From IMG/VR virus record IMGVR_UViG_3300048606_000011, positions 1 through 42,720 of that record: a DNA stretch of 42,720 bases. One strand, given 5' to 3'. Both the position numbers and the translations under genes were made by a program. Origin of the DNA: a virus. Taxonomy: Duplodnaviria > Caudoviricetes. Below are positions 34,671 to 42,720 of this stretch, piece by piece. The notes under the pieces are model-generated. The model was not told the DNA's origin and did not search any database. It saw nothing but the letters and a program-made list of their open reading frames with translations. Position 1 is the stretch's first letter. Each line of letters opens with the position of its first letter.

Positions 34671-35545
34671 GGGGATTCAATCTCCAAGGCTTTGAGTACG
34701 TCCCGGTTACGGGCGAGTTGGGCATCTCGGTTAGTCCGGGCCGAAGCCGAGGACGGGTTCAGTTTTTCCAGAACGGAGATCGCGGTTTTAGCCTGGGACA
34801 CAGCCTGAGCCTGTGACGACTTCGTCGCCTTTTCGGCATTGGCCTTGACCCGGCCGGGCTTCGAGTCAGGGAACTGCTCACCCAGGGCCTTCAGGATCTC
34901 GGTCGCATTCCCGCTCTTGGCGGACTCTACTGCGGCCTTGTACCTTTCAAGCGCGACCTTCGTGTGGTCCGAACCCGGGTACTCATTCGAGCCCCGAGGA
35001 ACAAAGATCAGTTCGCAGGTATCGCCGTTGTGCAAGGTCTGAGCCGCAGTCCCGACCGAGATGTAAACCGCGCCCCGGGAATTGAGCAGGGTACAGAACG
35101 GGCACGTGGGTGGTTCGAAGTCGACCCGGGCTATGCGCCCGATCCGGTCATCGTTCTTGGCCACGTCGTAGCGCTGCCCCCATTCCGCGTCCCGGGCCCA
35201 GTTGTCCGCGTTCATCCCGAGGGCCTCGACCGTGTCCTGATCGATGACTTCCTTGTCCTCGGTAACGCGGACCACGGTGCCGGTCCAGGCCTTTTCCGTG
35301 AACCGGCCAAGCTCTATCTTCGGAACGAGATCTTCTCCGCCCACAAACTCGGAATAGTCCCGATACGCGATGTTCTGAGCCAAGCCCCGAGTAGCTGCGA
35401 TGAGAGGGAACGTGGCCTTGCTGACCCGGCCCAGCATTTCATCGGATACCTTGGCCCCGTAGAACGGGATCAAGGCCCTAATCAGGGCCGTGACCATGTT
35501 CGAGTAAAGTCGCTCCTGGGCCTTCCTGAGACCCCGATTGTTCAT
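34667..35545 (-). CDS. capsid maturation protease/MuF-like minor head protein
   Basis: ARV...TCPFCTLLNSRGAVY...HNGDTC; between portal and scaffold. Confidence 0.7.
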   Translation of the reverse strand: MNNRGLRKAQERLYSNMVTALIRALIPFYGAKVSDEMLGRVSKATFPLIAATRGLAQNIAYRDYSEFVGGEDLVPKIELGRFTEKAWTGTVVRVTEDKEVIDQDTVEALGMNADNWARDAEWGQRYDVAKNDDRIGRIARVDFEPPTCPFCTLLNSRGAVYISVGTAAQTLHNGDTCELIFVPRGSNEYPGSDHTKVALERYKAAVESAKSGNATEILKALGEQFPDSKPGRVKANAEKATKSSQAQAVSQAKTAISVLEKLNPSSASARTNRDAQLARNRDVLKALEIESP

Positions 35546-36936
35546 GCCGCTACCGGAGGCGAAGCCGGAGGAGCGGTGTCCGGGGGTTGGGTCAGGAGAC
35601 TGACGATAGCCTGATTCTCAAGCTGTTCCTTGGCCTTATCAATATCCGGCTGAGCATCGCCCAGCATGCGACGAAGCTCTTCCCAGGTGTACAGCGGGAT
35701 CTCTTTCCCGTCCTGAGCTACCCGGACCGTAGCGAGCTTGAGGACTGAATCCGCAAGCGCGGCCAGGTTAGGCAGGGCTGGGTTCATCCACCGGATCAGG
35801 ATCTTCAGGTCCCCGAATCCATTCCGACGAAGCAGGTCCTCATAGAGGCCCTTCCAGGCGGGCTGGAATCCTCGGGTGAGCTGTTCGGACCGGCGCACAA
35901 GCCTTGCATCGTCCTGGCGCTGACCATCGCCCGAAGCCGGGTTCGCGTCCGAAGCCACACCGAAGACAGACTGAGGCACGCCCAAGATCGCAGCGGTCTG
36001 ACGCGTGACCGCGTTCCCGGCCGTAGCGAAGTTCTGAAGCTGAGCAGCCGTGAACTCAGAAATCTTCGAAAGTGGATCCGACATGGTCAGGAGACGAGCC
36101 ATATAGATTTGCTCGCCGGTCTGCTTGATCGGGTCGCCCGTGTCTGGGTCCAGCTGGATCGAGCCGTCTGGGTTGACCTGATTGAAGTCGTCCTCTTCGA
36201 TCCCGTGCATGACCCTCTGCGGGGCCGCCATCGTGCCCGAGGCGTAGGACATGTCCGTGGCGATACGACAACCCGAATCCTGAAGCGAGAACGCGTCCTT
36301 GGCTTCTGGACGCCCGTACGTGGTATCGGCTTCGGCCCGACAGATCAGGGGGTAGACTGCGATCTTGTTGTCGGGGTTCGGGGCCGGATTCTGAGGAACA
36401 TCGGGGTCCATGACCCAGCCGAGGCCGGAGGCCACGAGGTACACGGTCCGGGCTGGCGTGTAGTACGCGCGCTTGTCCCCACGCGGGCCCCAGACTCGCA
36501 GCGCTTCAACTACTTCACCCGTGTACGGGTCCGTGCGGTGGACCATGTGTGGGGCCGTGACAAGCTGCGTGACCGGGAGCCCGTCTGCGCGAAGAGACCC
36601 TGTCGGGATCAAGTACGCGCGCCCGTATTCCATCGCGGACATGTGCGCCTGATTGACGAAGTCGGCCCCGCCATTCGCTTCCAGCGTAAGGGCGAGGAAC
36701 TCGTCTGCGTCTTTGTTCTCGGGCGTGGTCTTGATCGAGTCGAGTTCGATTCGCTCGGACAAGACCTGGCAGGCAAGACGACAGTACGCCACGGAAGTGA
36801 AGTACTGGTCTCGGGACTCAGGCGGGATCATGAGCGAAGTGTTACGAGCCGTACGCTTGGCACGGTGATAGACTCGGTACTCGTGACACTTCTGCTTGTT
36901 CCGGGCCTGAATCTTTTCCAGTTGGAAAAAAGTCAT
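35542..36936 (-). CDS. portal protein (SPP1 gp6-like)
   Basis: 464 aa after terminase; YGRAY, YGRPE, PQR, NPASGD. Confidence 0.88.
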   Translation of the reverse strand: MTFFQLEKIQARNKQKCHEYRVYHRAKRTARNTSLMIPPESRDQYFTSVAYCRLACQVLSERIELDSIKTTPENKDADEFLALTLEANGGADFVNQAHMSAMEYGRAYLIPTGSLRADGLPVTQLVTAPHMVHRTDPYTGEVVEALRVWGPRGDKRAYYTPARTVYLVASGLGWVMDPDVPQNPAPNPDNKIAVYPLICRAEADTTYGRPEAKDAFSLQDSGCRIATDMSYASGTMAAPQRVMHGIEEDDFNQVNPDGSIQLDPDTGDPIKQTGEQIYMARLLTMSDPLSKISEFTAAQLQNFATAGNAVTRQTAAILGVPQSVFGVASDANPASGDGQRQDDARLVRRSEQLTRGFQPAWKGLYEDLLRRNGFGDLKILIRWMNPALPNLAALADSVLKLATVRVAQDGKEIPLYTWEELRRMLGDAQPDIDKAKEQLENQAIVSLLTQPPDTAPPASPPVAA

Positions 36937-36945
36937 GCTAACCCC

Positions 36946-38541
36946 TTACCAGGCGTACGCGACCCCGCGTCGGGGCTTTTCTTGGATGTTGGCGGCATCT
37001 AGCTTAGCCTTCATCAGATATGCCATGAGACAGGCCGCTACAATGTCGACCCTTCTAACCGAATTCTTCGTAACCTTGCGGAACGAGATCCCGTACGTGT
37101 TCTCGGCCTTCTTCGCGTTCAGCCAGTGAGCGCGCATCATCTGAGAACCGGTGAACAGGACCTTGCCGGATTCAATCTCCCCAATGAGGGACTCGAACCC
37201 GAGAGTCAGGTCGCGCCTGGCCGAACGGTTATCCCGGATCAAGGGGCCCGTAGTCGAAGCCGCAACCTTCATCTTATCGCCGTACTTGGCGTTCCAAGAC
37301 ATGATCCAAGATTCGAATGGGTGGAGGTCACACCCTGCCGCCCAAACCTTGTACTTGTCCATGGCAACGTGGAACGCGTCGTCTACGGCTTCTTCATTTA
37401 CACGCCATTCCGCTTCTAGCGGGTCCGGCTCTTGATAGTGGAGCAGGTGAAATGAGCTATCTTCAAGCCTTAATGCCACGAGCGCGGTACCGTCCCCAGA
37501 TAAAGACCCATCGAATCCGAGCGCGACCTTGTCTCCCGCTTCCAGCGGTCTAACGCCCAAGGCTTGCCTGTCGTAAACGTGGGCCTGGATTACCGAGTCC
37601 TCCTCGGCTGTAACCTGGTTTAGGTGTTCGCGCCGGAACACGGCGACTGAGCCTTGCGGTTTCTTGGCCGTGCGTACCAGACGCTCGACTGGAAGCCACG
37701 TGGCGTCGCCTGCGGCTTGTCTAATCGCCATTCGGAGTTCATCGTCTTTTGCAAGATCGAGTCTCGGATCAGCTTCGAGGTTGTCGAACAGGATGTGGCT
37801 GAATCCCCAGGCCTGGACTTGCTTGGACCAGTCTTGGGTTACTTCTTCGGCGACGGACTCTTCTCCGGGGACATACGCGTTCGACAGGTCCAGCCTGCGA
37901 GCACGGCCTCCCGGGTTCTTGTCTAGGTTACCGTTGATACGGATAATCGAAGCGTGACCTTGATTGGACGCGACCAGTTCCGAAGTCTCGTCTACGCCTA
38001 CCCAGGTCGGACGCGCGCCTCGGAGAGCGCGCGGGTTATTCGGGATGATCTCGAACCGGCCTCGGTTAGCGCCGGTCTTCACGATCATTTCCTTGCCGAT
38101 CTCCAAGCCGTATTCCTGGATCGAAGCCAGGGAAAAGGAGTTGGCCAGGATATCGAAGATCGGTCGAGTCTGGGCTGTGGACGTGGCCATGATCTGACAC
38201 CACGGGGCGGGCTCGGGAACGGCGATCGGATACCCGTCTTCGTCCCAGCCCCCGAACCGACAAGGCCCACAGAACTCGATAGCGCCGATGATAGCCGCGA
38301 GTGGGGACTTCGCCGTACCCCTAGCACGGCGAAGATAACCCTGTGAATAGACCCAGTCCCCGTCTTCGTCGATCTGGTACCAATTCTGGATAAAATGTTC
38401 GTGCTCGGGGAGCGGGACCCAGGGTTCGCCCGTGACCGCGTGTACCAGATGAGTCATGGCCCAGATGATGGCCGCGTCTCCGAGTGTATTCCTCGGGCCC
38501 GGCTGGTCCGGTCGAGTTCTGATCGGTGCGAACTCTGTCAC
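36946..38541 (-). CDS. terL: terminase large subunit
   Basis: Walker A RARGTAKS, Walker B VDET, nuclease GFDGS...DGTAL, RVDIVAA. Confidence 0.92.
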   Translation of the reverse strand: MTEFAPIRTRPDQPGPRNTLGDAAIIWAMTHLVHAVTGEPWVPLPEHEHFIQNWYQIDEDGDWVYSQGYLRRARGTAKSPLAAIIGAIEFCGPCRFGGWDEDGYPIAVPEPAPWCQIMATSTAQTRPIFDILANSFSLASIQEYGLEIGKEMIVKTGANRGRFEIIPNNPRALRGARPTWVGVDETSELVASNQGHASIIRINGNLDKNPGGRARRLDLSNAYVPGEESVAEEVTQDWSKQVQAWGFSHILFDNLEADPRLDLAKDDELRMAIRQAAGDATWLPVERLVRTAKKPQGSVAVFRREHLNQVTAEEDSVIQAHVYDRQALGVRPLEAGDKVALGFDGSLSGDGTALVALRLEDSSFHLLHYQEPDPLEAEWRVNEEAVDDAFHVAMDKYKVWAAGCDLHPFESWIMSWNAKYGDKMKVAASTTGPLIRDNRSARRDLTLGFESLIGEIESGKVLFTGSQMMRAHWLNAKKAENTYGISFRKVTKNSVRRVDIVAACLMAYLMKAKLDAANIQEKPRRGVAYAW

Positions 38542-38556
38542 CGGGCCTCCTGGGCT

Positions 38557-38970
38557 CTATGCGGATTCCCGACGCTTCCGGAATTCCGCGATGTTGTTCT
38601 CGGCCGTAGGATTGACCTCGGCTGGTTTACGCGTGATCTCGATATTGGCCCTGCGTCGGTCAGCCTCATTGAACAAGGCCGCGCGCATCATCGAATCGGC
38701 AGCGCCGATCTTCATGGCCGCGCCCGAGACGAAGGACTCGTGAATGGCCTGGCACGTCATCCACCCGTAGACCAGGTCCGTTTCCGTGTACCACTGGCTC
38801 GCGGGGGAGCTGAGAACCGATTCCCAGGCGAATACCGCGATCGGGGACCAACTCGGGTCCGCTTCCGGGATTCGGAGTTCGCCTTCTACCTCGATCTTGT
38901 CCACGTTTTGGGGGTTGCCCTGGGCTGTGTGCGGGCGACCCATCTTCTCGTCGGATCGTTTCTTTGGCAT
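38557..38970 (-). CDS. terS: terminase small subunit
   Basis: ATG 38970 after AAGGAG; PEADPSWSPIA..W...W..TD...EADRRR. Confidence 0.8.
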   Translation of the reverse strand: MPKKRSDEKMGRPHTAQGNPQNVDKIEVEGELRIPEADPSWSPIAVFAWESVLSSPASQWYTETDLVYGWMTCQAIHESFVSGAAMKIGAADSMMRAALFNEADRRRANIEITRKPAEVNPTAENNIAEFRKRRESA

Positions 38971-38981
38971 TACCAAGAGTT

Positions 38982-39299
38982 CTACTCCTTTACAGGCGGG
39001 CCTGATCCGAACGGGTGGGGTTCCTCGGGCAGACTTAGGCGTTTCTGGCGTCTGGCGTAGCCTCTGCGCCACTCAGCCTCGGACTTGGTCTTGTGACACG
39101 GTGCGCAGATGGCCGCAGCGTTAGACGCGTGATGAGCGCCGTTCTCAGCCTGAGGTATGACGTGGTCGACTTGTGAGGCCTTGCCCCCGCATCGGTAGCA
39201 CTTGAATCTGTCCCTGCGCAGGATCGATCGGCGTTCCGCCGCTGTGAATTCTTGCCGAGTCGTGTTCCGGGGCCGGTCCCAGCCCGAGGGCTTACTCAT
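38982..39299 (-). CDS. HNH endonuclease (packaging-associated)
   Basis: ILRRDRFKCYRC...VDHVIP...N...ICAPCHKTKS; adjacent to terS. Confidence 0.88.
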   Translation of the reverse strand: MSKPSGWDRPRNTTRQEFTAAERRSILRRDRFKCYRCGGKASQVDHVIPQAENGAHHASNAAAICAPCHKTKSEAEWRRGYARRQKRLSLPEEPHPFGSGPPVKE

Positions 39300-39447
39300 C
39301 GGGGCCCGGGACTATCTGATCCGGGTGAATCGTTTCTAAGGATCCGTCCCGCCACTCGACTCGGGGGCACAGAACCAGTTCGAAGCCTTGCACGGTAGCC
39401 GGGTAGACGATTCCGTCCCCGATCCAAACCTTATCCCCGATTTTCAT
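39292..39447 (-). CDS. 51-aa hypothetical protein (SH3-like)
   Basis: Hand translation MKIGDKVWIGDGIVYPATVQGFELVLCPRVEWRDGSLETIHPDQIVPGPDE; ATGA overlap. Confidence 0.6.
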   Translation of the reverse strand: MKIGDKVWIGDGIVYPATVQGFELVLCPRVEWRDGSLETIHPDQIVPGPDE

Positions 39448-40037
39448 AAGTGCTCACCGTGTTTCGCTCGTAGGATCTTCAGGTTCCGAGGAACAGACTC
39501 GGTCCTGTCCTCTGGCGGGTGCCAAAGACTCCACACCGTGCCACACTCACGCTCAAACTGGTGACGAATCCCGAAATCTACATCTTCCATGGACCAACCG
39601 ATGAAGGCCTCATCGAATCCCCCGAGCGTGGCCCAGGTGTCCCGATGAATAACTAGTACACCCGAGCAGGCACCCTCGTAGGCTCCGCCGCTCAATTCGC
39701 CCGTGGCGAAGTACTGGCGGGTACCCGGCTCGTCCATGAGGATGTACTTGTCGTACGGGAGCCGGGACTTACGATCGTCCCGAGTCTTCTCGATAGCCGA
39801 GAACAAGGGTAGAATCTGACACAGGGTGTCCGCATCATTGATCACGGCCACTTCGTGCCCGTCCTCAAAAGCCGCAGTCACAGCCTTGTTGATAGCCTGA
39901 CTACGGGAGAAGACCGGGCCGTCTGAGTCAGCGGTGTATAGCTCGAAGCGCGTCGTGTCCCAGTAGTGATTCCGGACTACCTCGAACAGGGGTTGACGGG
40001 CGGCCGAAGGACGCCATGGGATACAAATTGCGACCAT
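39444..40037 (-). CDS. glycosyltransferase (GT-A, GT2/GT7-like)
   Basis: ICIPWR, FSRSQAIN, INDAD (DxD), GGFDEAFIGWSMEDVDF, LWHP. Confidence 0.85.
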   Translation of the reverse strand: MVAICIPWRPSAARQPLFEVVRNHYWDTTRFELYTADSDGPVFSRSQAINKAVTAAFEDGHEVAVINDADTLCQILPLFSAIEKTRDDRKSRLPYDKYILMDEPGTRQYFATGELSGGAYEGACSGVLVIHRDTWATLGGFDEAFIGWSMEDVDFGIRHQFERECGTVWSLWHPPEDRTESVPRNLKILRAKHGEHL

Positions 40038-40038
40038 G

Positions 40039-40710
40039 TCAGTACCCATAGCCTTTCCGGGCCCCGTCGTGAGTCACGTACTCTTCACCATTACCCCAGT
40101 ACGCGCACACGGTATCGGGTTCAGTCGCGAACAAGGCCTGTCCGAACCGATACTCCGACCCATCCCCGATCGGCCAAGGGTGGTCCTCAACCCAATCCCC
40201 ACCCCGGAACAGGTTCGGATTCGTGGACCAGGTCGCACGATGAACCAGGAGGCGATTCATCAGGACTCCGGCCTCATCCACCCCGTGACCCATCTGCTGA
40301 AGGGCCGGGATCAAGCCCCCGGCCGCAACCTCGTTCCCGAACCACGCCTGCCGCAAAAGCACGAGCTGAGCGATCCCGAGATCAAAGTCCAGAACCTCGA
40401 TCATGTCCGCGAGATCAACCTCTCGGTTGAATACGAAGTCATCCTCTACCATGAACACGTGGTCGTACGACCGAGCTAGCTCCCAGATCTTGAGCATGGC
40501 CGCGTTGTACCCGAGGGCATGTTCCCCGACCGAGACCAGAGGGTATGCGAACTGGTCCGTAACCCAGGACCGGTACTCATAGTCACCCGAGTCGTCTACG
40601 ATCTTGATCGTGGCCTCAGGTGAGACCCAGACGCTCTCCTCGAATGAGGCCACCGCCTTGGGCAAGCACTCACGCCGACCATTGGTCAGGAACACGACTA
40701 GGGTTGACAC
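40039..40710 (-). CDS. glycosyltransferase (GT-A fold)
   Basis: IVDDSGD, YDHVFMVEDDF, WSTNPNL, VTHDG; AGGAGG RBS. Confidence 0.75.
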   Translation of the reverse strand: MSTLVVFLTNGRRECLPKAVASFEESVWVSPEATIKIVDDSGDYEYRSWVTDQFAYPLVSVGEHALGYNAAMLKIWELARSYDHVFMVEDDFVFNREVDLADMIEVLDFDLGIAQLVLLRQAWFGNEVAAGGLIPALQQMGHGVDEAGVLMNRLLVHRATWSTNPNLFRGGDWVEDHPWPIGDGSEYRFGQALFATEPDTVCAYWGNGEEYVTHDGARKGYGY

Positions 40711-40775
40711 GAGATGCCTCCTGGGCTAGGATGAAGATCCGGGTGTAACGGCCTTGGGCTTCGGCTCAGCCCCGG

Positions 40776-40988
40776 TTAGCGCAGGCCTACTGCTTGCAAT
40801 AAATTCGTGGTCAACCCGTCGACGAATCGACGTGGGACCCCGGCTTCGATCAGAAGTCGGTGTAAAGTCGTGTACGGATGCGGGCTGGTCGCGTATTTGG
40901 CGTAGCCAGGTCCAGTCGTCCAATACTCGAACAAGGCTGAGCCGGGTCCGAATGGCAGAGTCGATCCGCCAGTACCGATCGCTGCCAT
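40776..40988 (-). CDS. hypothetical protein (YWTTGPGYAK motif)
   Basis: GGAGG RBS before ATG 40988. Confidence 0.7.
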   Translation of the reverse strand: MAAIGTGGSTLPFGPGSALFEYWTTGPGYAKYATSPHPYTTLHRLLIEAGVPRRFVDGLTTNLLQAVGLR

Positions 40989-41060
40989 TCGTCCTCCCGT
41001 GGACATGCCTGCGCCCCGGCCCAAGCGGTTAGCCTGAGTCGGGGCGGGCTTCCAGATGGT

Positions 41061-41351
41061 CTAGTCTTCCTCAGTCAGGCCCAGAGTCTCGGCCGCTGCC
41101 TTAAGTTGTGTCTGAAGGTCGTCCCACTCTTCCAGGGCTCGGGCCAGGGCCTTACGCTCAGCTTCGAGCGGGTTCTTGGACCCGGCCTCGGCCACGGTCC
41201 CGTTCAGGGTGAGGGTCATGACCCGGCATCGGTACCCGAGCCCGTCCACAACCGCTTCCGTGACCAGAACGAACTCCCCTTCGGTCCGTTCGAAGAAATC
41301 TGCCAGGATCAAGTGCTGGGCACTGTCTTCAAGATCCATCTCTGCACTCAT
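41061..41351 (-). CDS. hypothetical protein
   Basis: GGAGGAGG RBS before ATG 41351. Confidence 0.7.
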   Translation of the reverse strand: MSAEMDLEDSAQHLILADFFERTEGEFVLVTEAVVDGLGYRCRVMTLTLNGTVAEAGSKNPLEAERKALARALEEWDDLQTQLKAAAETLGLTEED

Positions 41352-41580
41352 CTTGGTCCTCCTCCACGAACACGATCTCACCGGGGTAAAACTCTTGGTC
41401 ATAGTCTGACCACAGAACGTGGCAGTAGATCGCGTGGTGATCAAACTCTGACCGGGTCCCCGTCCACAGGAACGTGATCCGAGCCCCGTCCCTGCGACAA
41501 TGAACCTTCAGGGTCCGGGTCATTCTCGGCATCGGCCCCGCAACCAAAAATGCAGCCTGGGCATCCATGGCAATCACCAC
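41329..41580 (-). CDS. hypothetical protein
   Basis: Fills the gap; start uncertain. Confidence 0.45.
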   Translation of the reverse strand: MVIAMDAQAAFLVAGPMPRMTRTLKVHCRRDGARITFLWTGTRSEFDHHAIYCHVLWSDYDQEFYPGEIVFVEEDQDECRDGS

Positions 41581-41588
41581 CGTTCATC

Positions 41589-41660
41589 CTACTCAACACC
41601 CTTCATCACGGCCCAGTACGCGAACACAGCGATGAAAAACAGGATCCATATCCAGGTCAT
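41589..41660 (-). CDS. 23-aa membrane peptide
   Basis: MTWIWILFFIAVFAYWAVMKGVE; GAGG RBS; ATGA overlap. Confidence 0.5.
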   Translation of the reverse strand: MTWIWILFFIAVFAYWAVMKGVE

Positions 41661-41857
41661 GGGATGTCCTCGATCGGGTTTCCGTCCCAGCCGATCCCCG
41701 TGGCCAGTTCCATCTCCAAGACCTCAAGCTCGCGGAGAGCCTCAGCGGCGGTCAGGGGCCCGTAGATCGTGAGTAGTTCCTTGATCGAGTCAAGGGACAG
41801 GCACGGGGTCCCGTCCTCCATCCGAGACCACCGGATGGTCCAGACCGGGCCGTTCAC
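41657..41857 (-). CDS. hypothetical protein
   Basis: GTGA overlap; MNGPVWTIRWS... Confidence 0.6.
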   Translation of the reverse strand: MNGPVWTIRWSRMEDGTPCLSLDSIKELLTIYGPLTAAEALRELEVLEMELATGIGWDGNPIEDIP

Positions 41858-42129
41858 TTGAACCTGCCCAGGTTGTGGAGCCAGGTGCACGGGGCCTTGG
41901 CCTGCCGAAGTGAGTTCCGGGCGATGGATCGAGCTGTGTTCGAGCGTCCGAGAACAGCGAACACCAGGGCCGTGATGAGCCCGTAGCCTGCGATCGCCAG
42001 AGCGATCGGGTACACGAACATGGCCAAGATCGGGTACAGGAAGACCCAGTAAGCGAGCTGGAACCCGGCCCCGGTCATCTTGACCATGTCCCCGGCTACA
42101 CGGTGAGCGTCTACGTAGACTCGCATCAC
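41854..42129 (-). CDS. membrane protein
   Basis: Long hydrophobic stretch; overlaps neighbours. Confidence 0.65.
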   Translation of the reverse strand: MMRVYVDAHRVAGDMVKMTGAGFQLAYWVFLYPILAMFVYPIALAIAGYGLITALVFAVLGRSNTARSIARNSLRQAKAPCTWLHNLGRFK

Positions 42130-42341
42130 TTGACCTCGTCATTCGGATTCGTGTGGCCGAGGCTGAACGGGATCGTGTAGGTCATCGTCCCGGTGGAATC
42201 CACAGCCTCGGGCTGGTAGCCGGGGGCCAGGTCGGAACCGAAGGTCAGGAGCAGGGCCATGGCCAGTCCGGCCAGGGGGCCTGCGATGAGGAGGACGAGG
42301 ATCCTCGTGGAGGACTTGAACGGGTTCTTGGTCTTGTTCAT
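42126..42341 (-). CDS. membrane protein
   Basis: Single TM segment; leaderless start behind promoter. Confidence 0.65.
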   Translation of the reverse strand: MNKTKNPFKSSTRILVLLIAGPLAGLAMALLLTFGSDLAPGYQPEAVDSTGTMTYTIPFSLGHTNPNDEVK

Positions 42342-42348
42342 GCCGAGG

Positions 42349-42378
42349 ACTCTACGGCTTCGCCTGCGAGTCTGTCAA
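42349..42378 (-). promoter_or_regulatory. sigma70/HrdB-type promoter (leaderless)
   Basis: TTGACA-18 nt-TAGAGT-7 nt-ATG; shares GCTTGACAGACTC with the promoter at 2632. Confidence 0.7.
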
Positions 42379-42581
42379 GCCCGGAGAATGGCCTCATTCG
42401 GGGGAGCTTCGCGCCAACGCCCGTCCATGCCCTGGATCAAGCCCTTCGTGGCCGGATCCACGCACTCGAAGTTGACCCTGTGCCGATCGAAGTTCCGGAC
42501 CGTAGAGAAGGTCTCGTGGCAGGCCCCGCAATGAGAGACGGCCGTGTTCTGGGGCAGCGTGGGGCACTCAGACGTACACAT
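42375..42581 (-). CDS. phage FDxHR zinc-binding protein
   Basis: HCGACHETFSTVRNFDRHR...CVDP; AGGAGG RBS. Confidence 0.75.
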   Translation of the reverse strand: MCTSECPTLPQNTAVSHCGACHETFSTVRNFDRHRVNFECVDPATKGLIQGMDGRWREAPPNEAILRA

Positions 42582-42720
42582 GGACCCTCCTGGGGTCTAG
42601 ATACCGGATACAGGGGTTCAGGCCGTTCTAGGGGCTTTGGTCTAGGCGGGGATGGCCATAGCCGAGTGTGAGGCCCGGTTACAGCCTGTGGCTTTTGAAC
42701 GGAGCATGCACCTGAGAGGC

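Noticed and set aside
1-42720. Lysogeny module or attP
   Set aside because: No tyrosine or serine integrase or ParA/B ORF recognised, so the tRNA-like element has no integrase to support an attP role.

Overview
The window looks like a complete or near-complete ~42.7 kb high-GC tailed (siphovirus-type) actinobacteriophage genome. No integrase, ParAB or obvious repressor is visible, so it is probably lytic. The + strand from ~1.6 to 20 kb carries early/replication genes: HTH proteins, a Cas4-like exonuclease, Prim-Pol/AAA helicase, NUMOD4-HNH, endonuclease VII, a DnaQ/RNase H-like exonuclease, a family A DNA polymerase, a DUF3310 protein, many small ORFs and a tRNA-like RNA. These are driven by sigma70/HrdB-type promoters, several of them leaderless. 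The - strand from ~42.6 kb down to 20 kb carries late genes: HNH, terminases, portal, maturation protein, scaffold, capsid, neck, tail, tape measure, minor tails and a lysis cassette. The two arms converge on a bidirectional terminator at ~19.96-20.02 kb. The most notable features are: four glycosyltransferases, one directly behind the capsid gene, with capsid and tail tube both ending in Ser (candidate virion-glycosylation system); a tRNA-like RNA with an abnormally extended anticodon arm; three coupled micro-ORFs at the left end, including two Cys-rich peptides, one ending in a ribonucleotide-reductase-tail-like CxxC; a ~550-nt hairpin-dense non-coding region; a divergent promoter pair with 7-bp spacers; a tandem 'CCLGV' paralog array; a +1 (or -2) tail-chaperone frameshift; and a frameshifted HNH gene. 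All family calls come from reading motifs by eye; no database searches were run.
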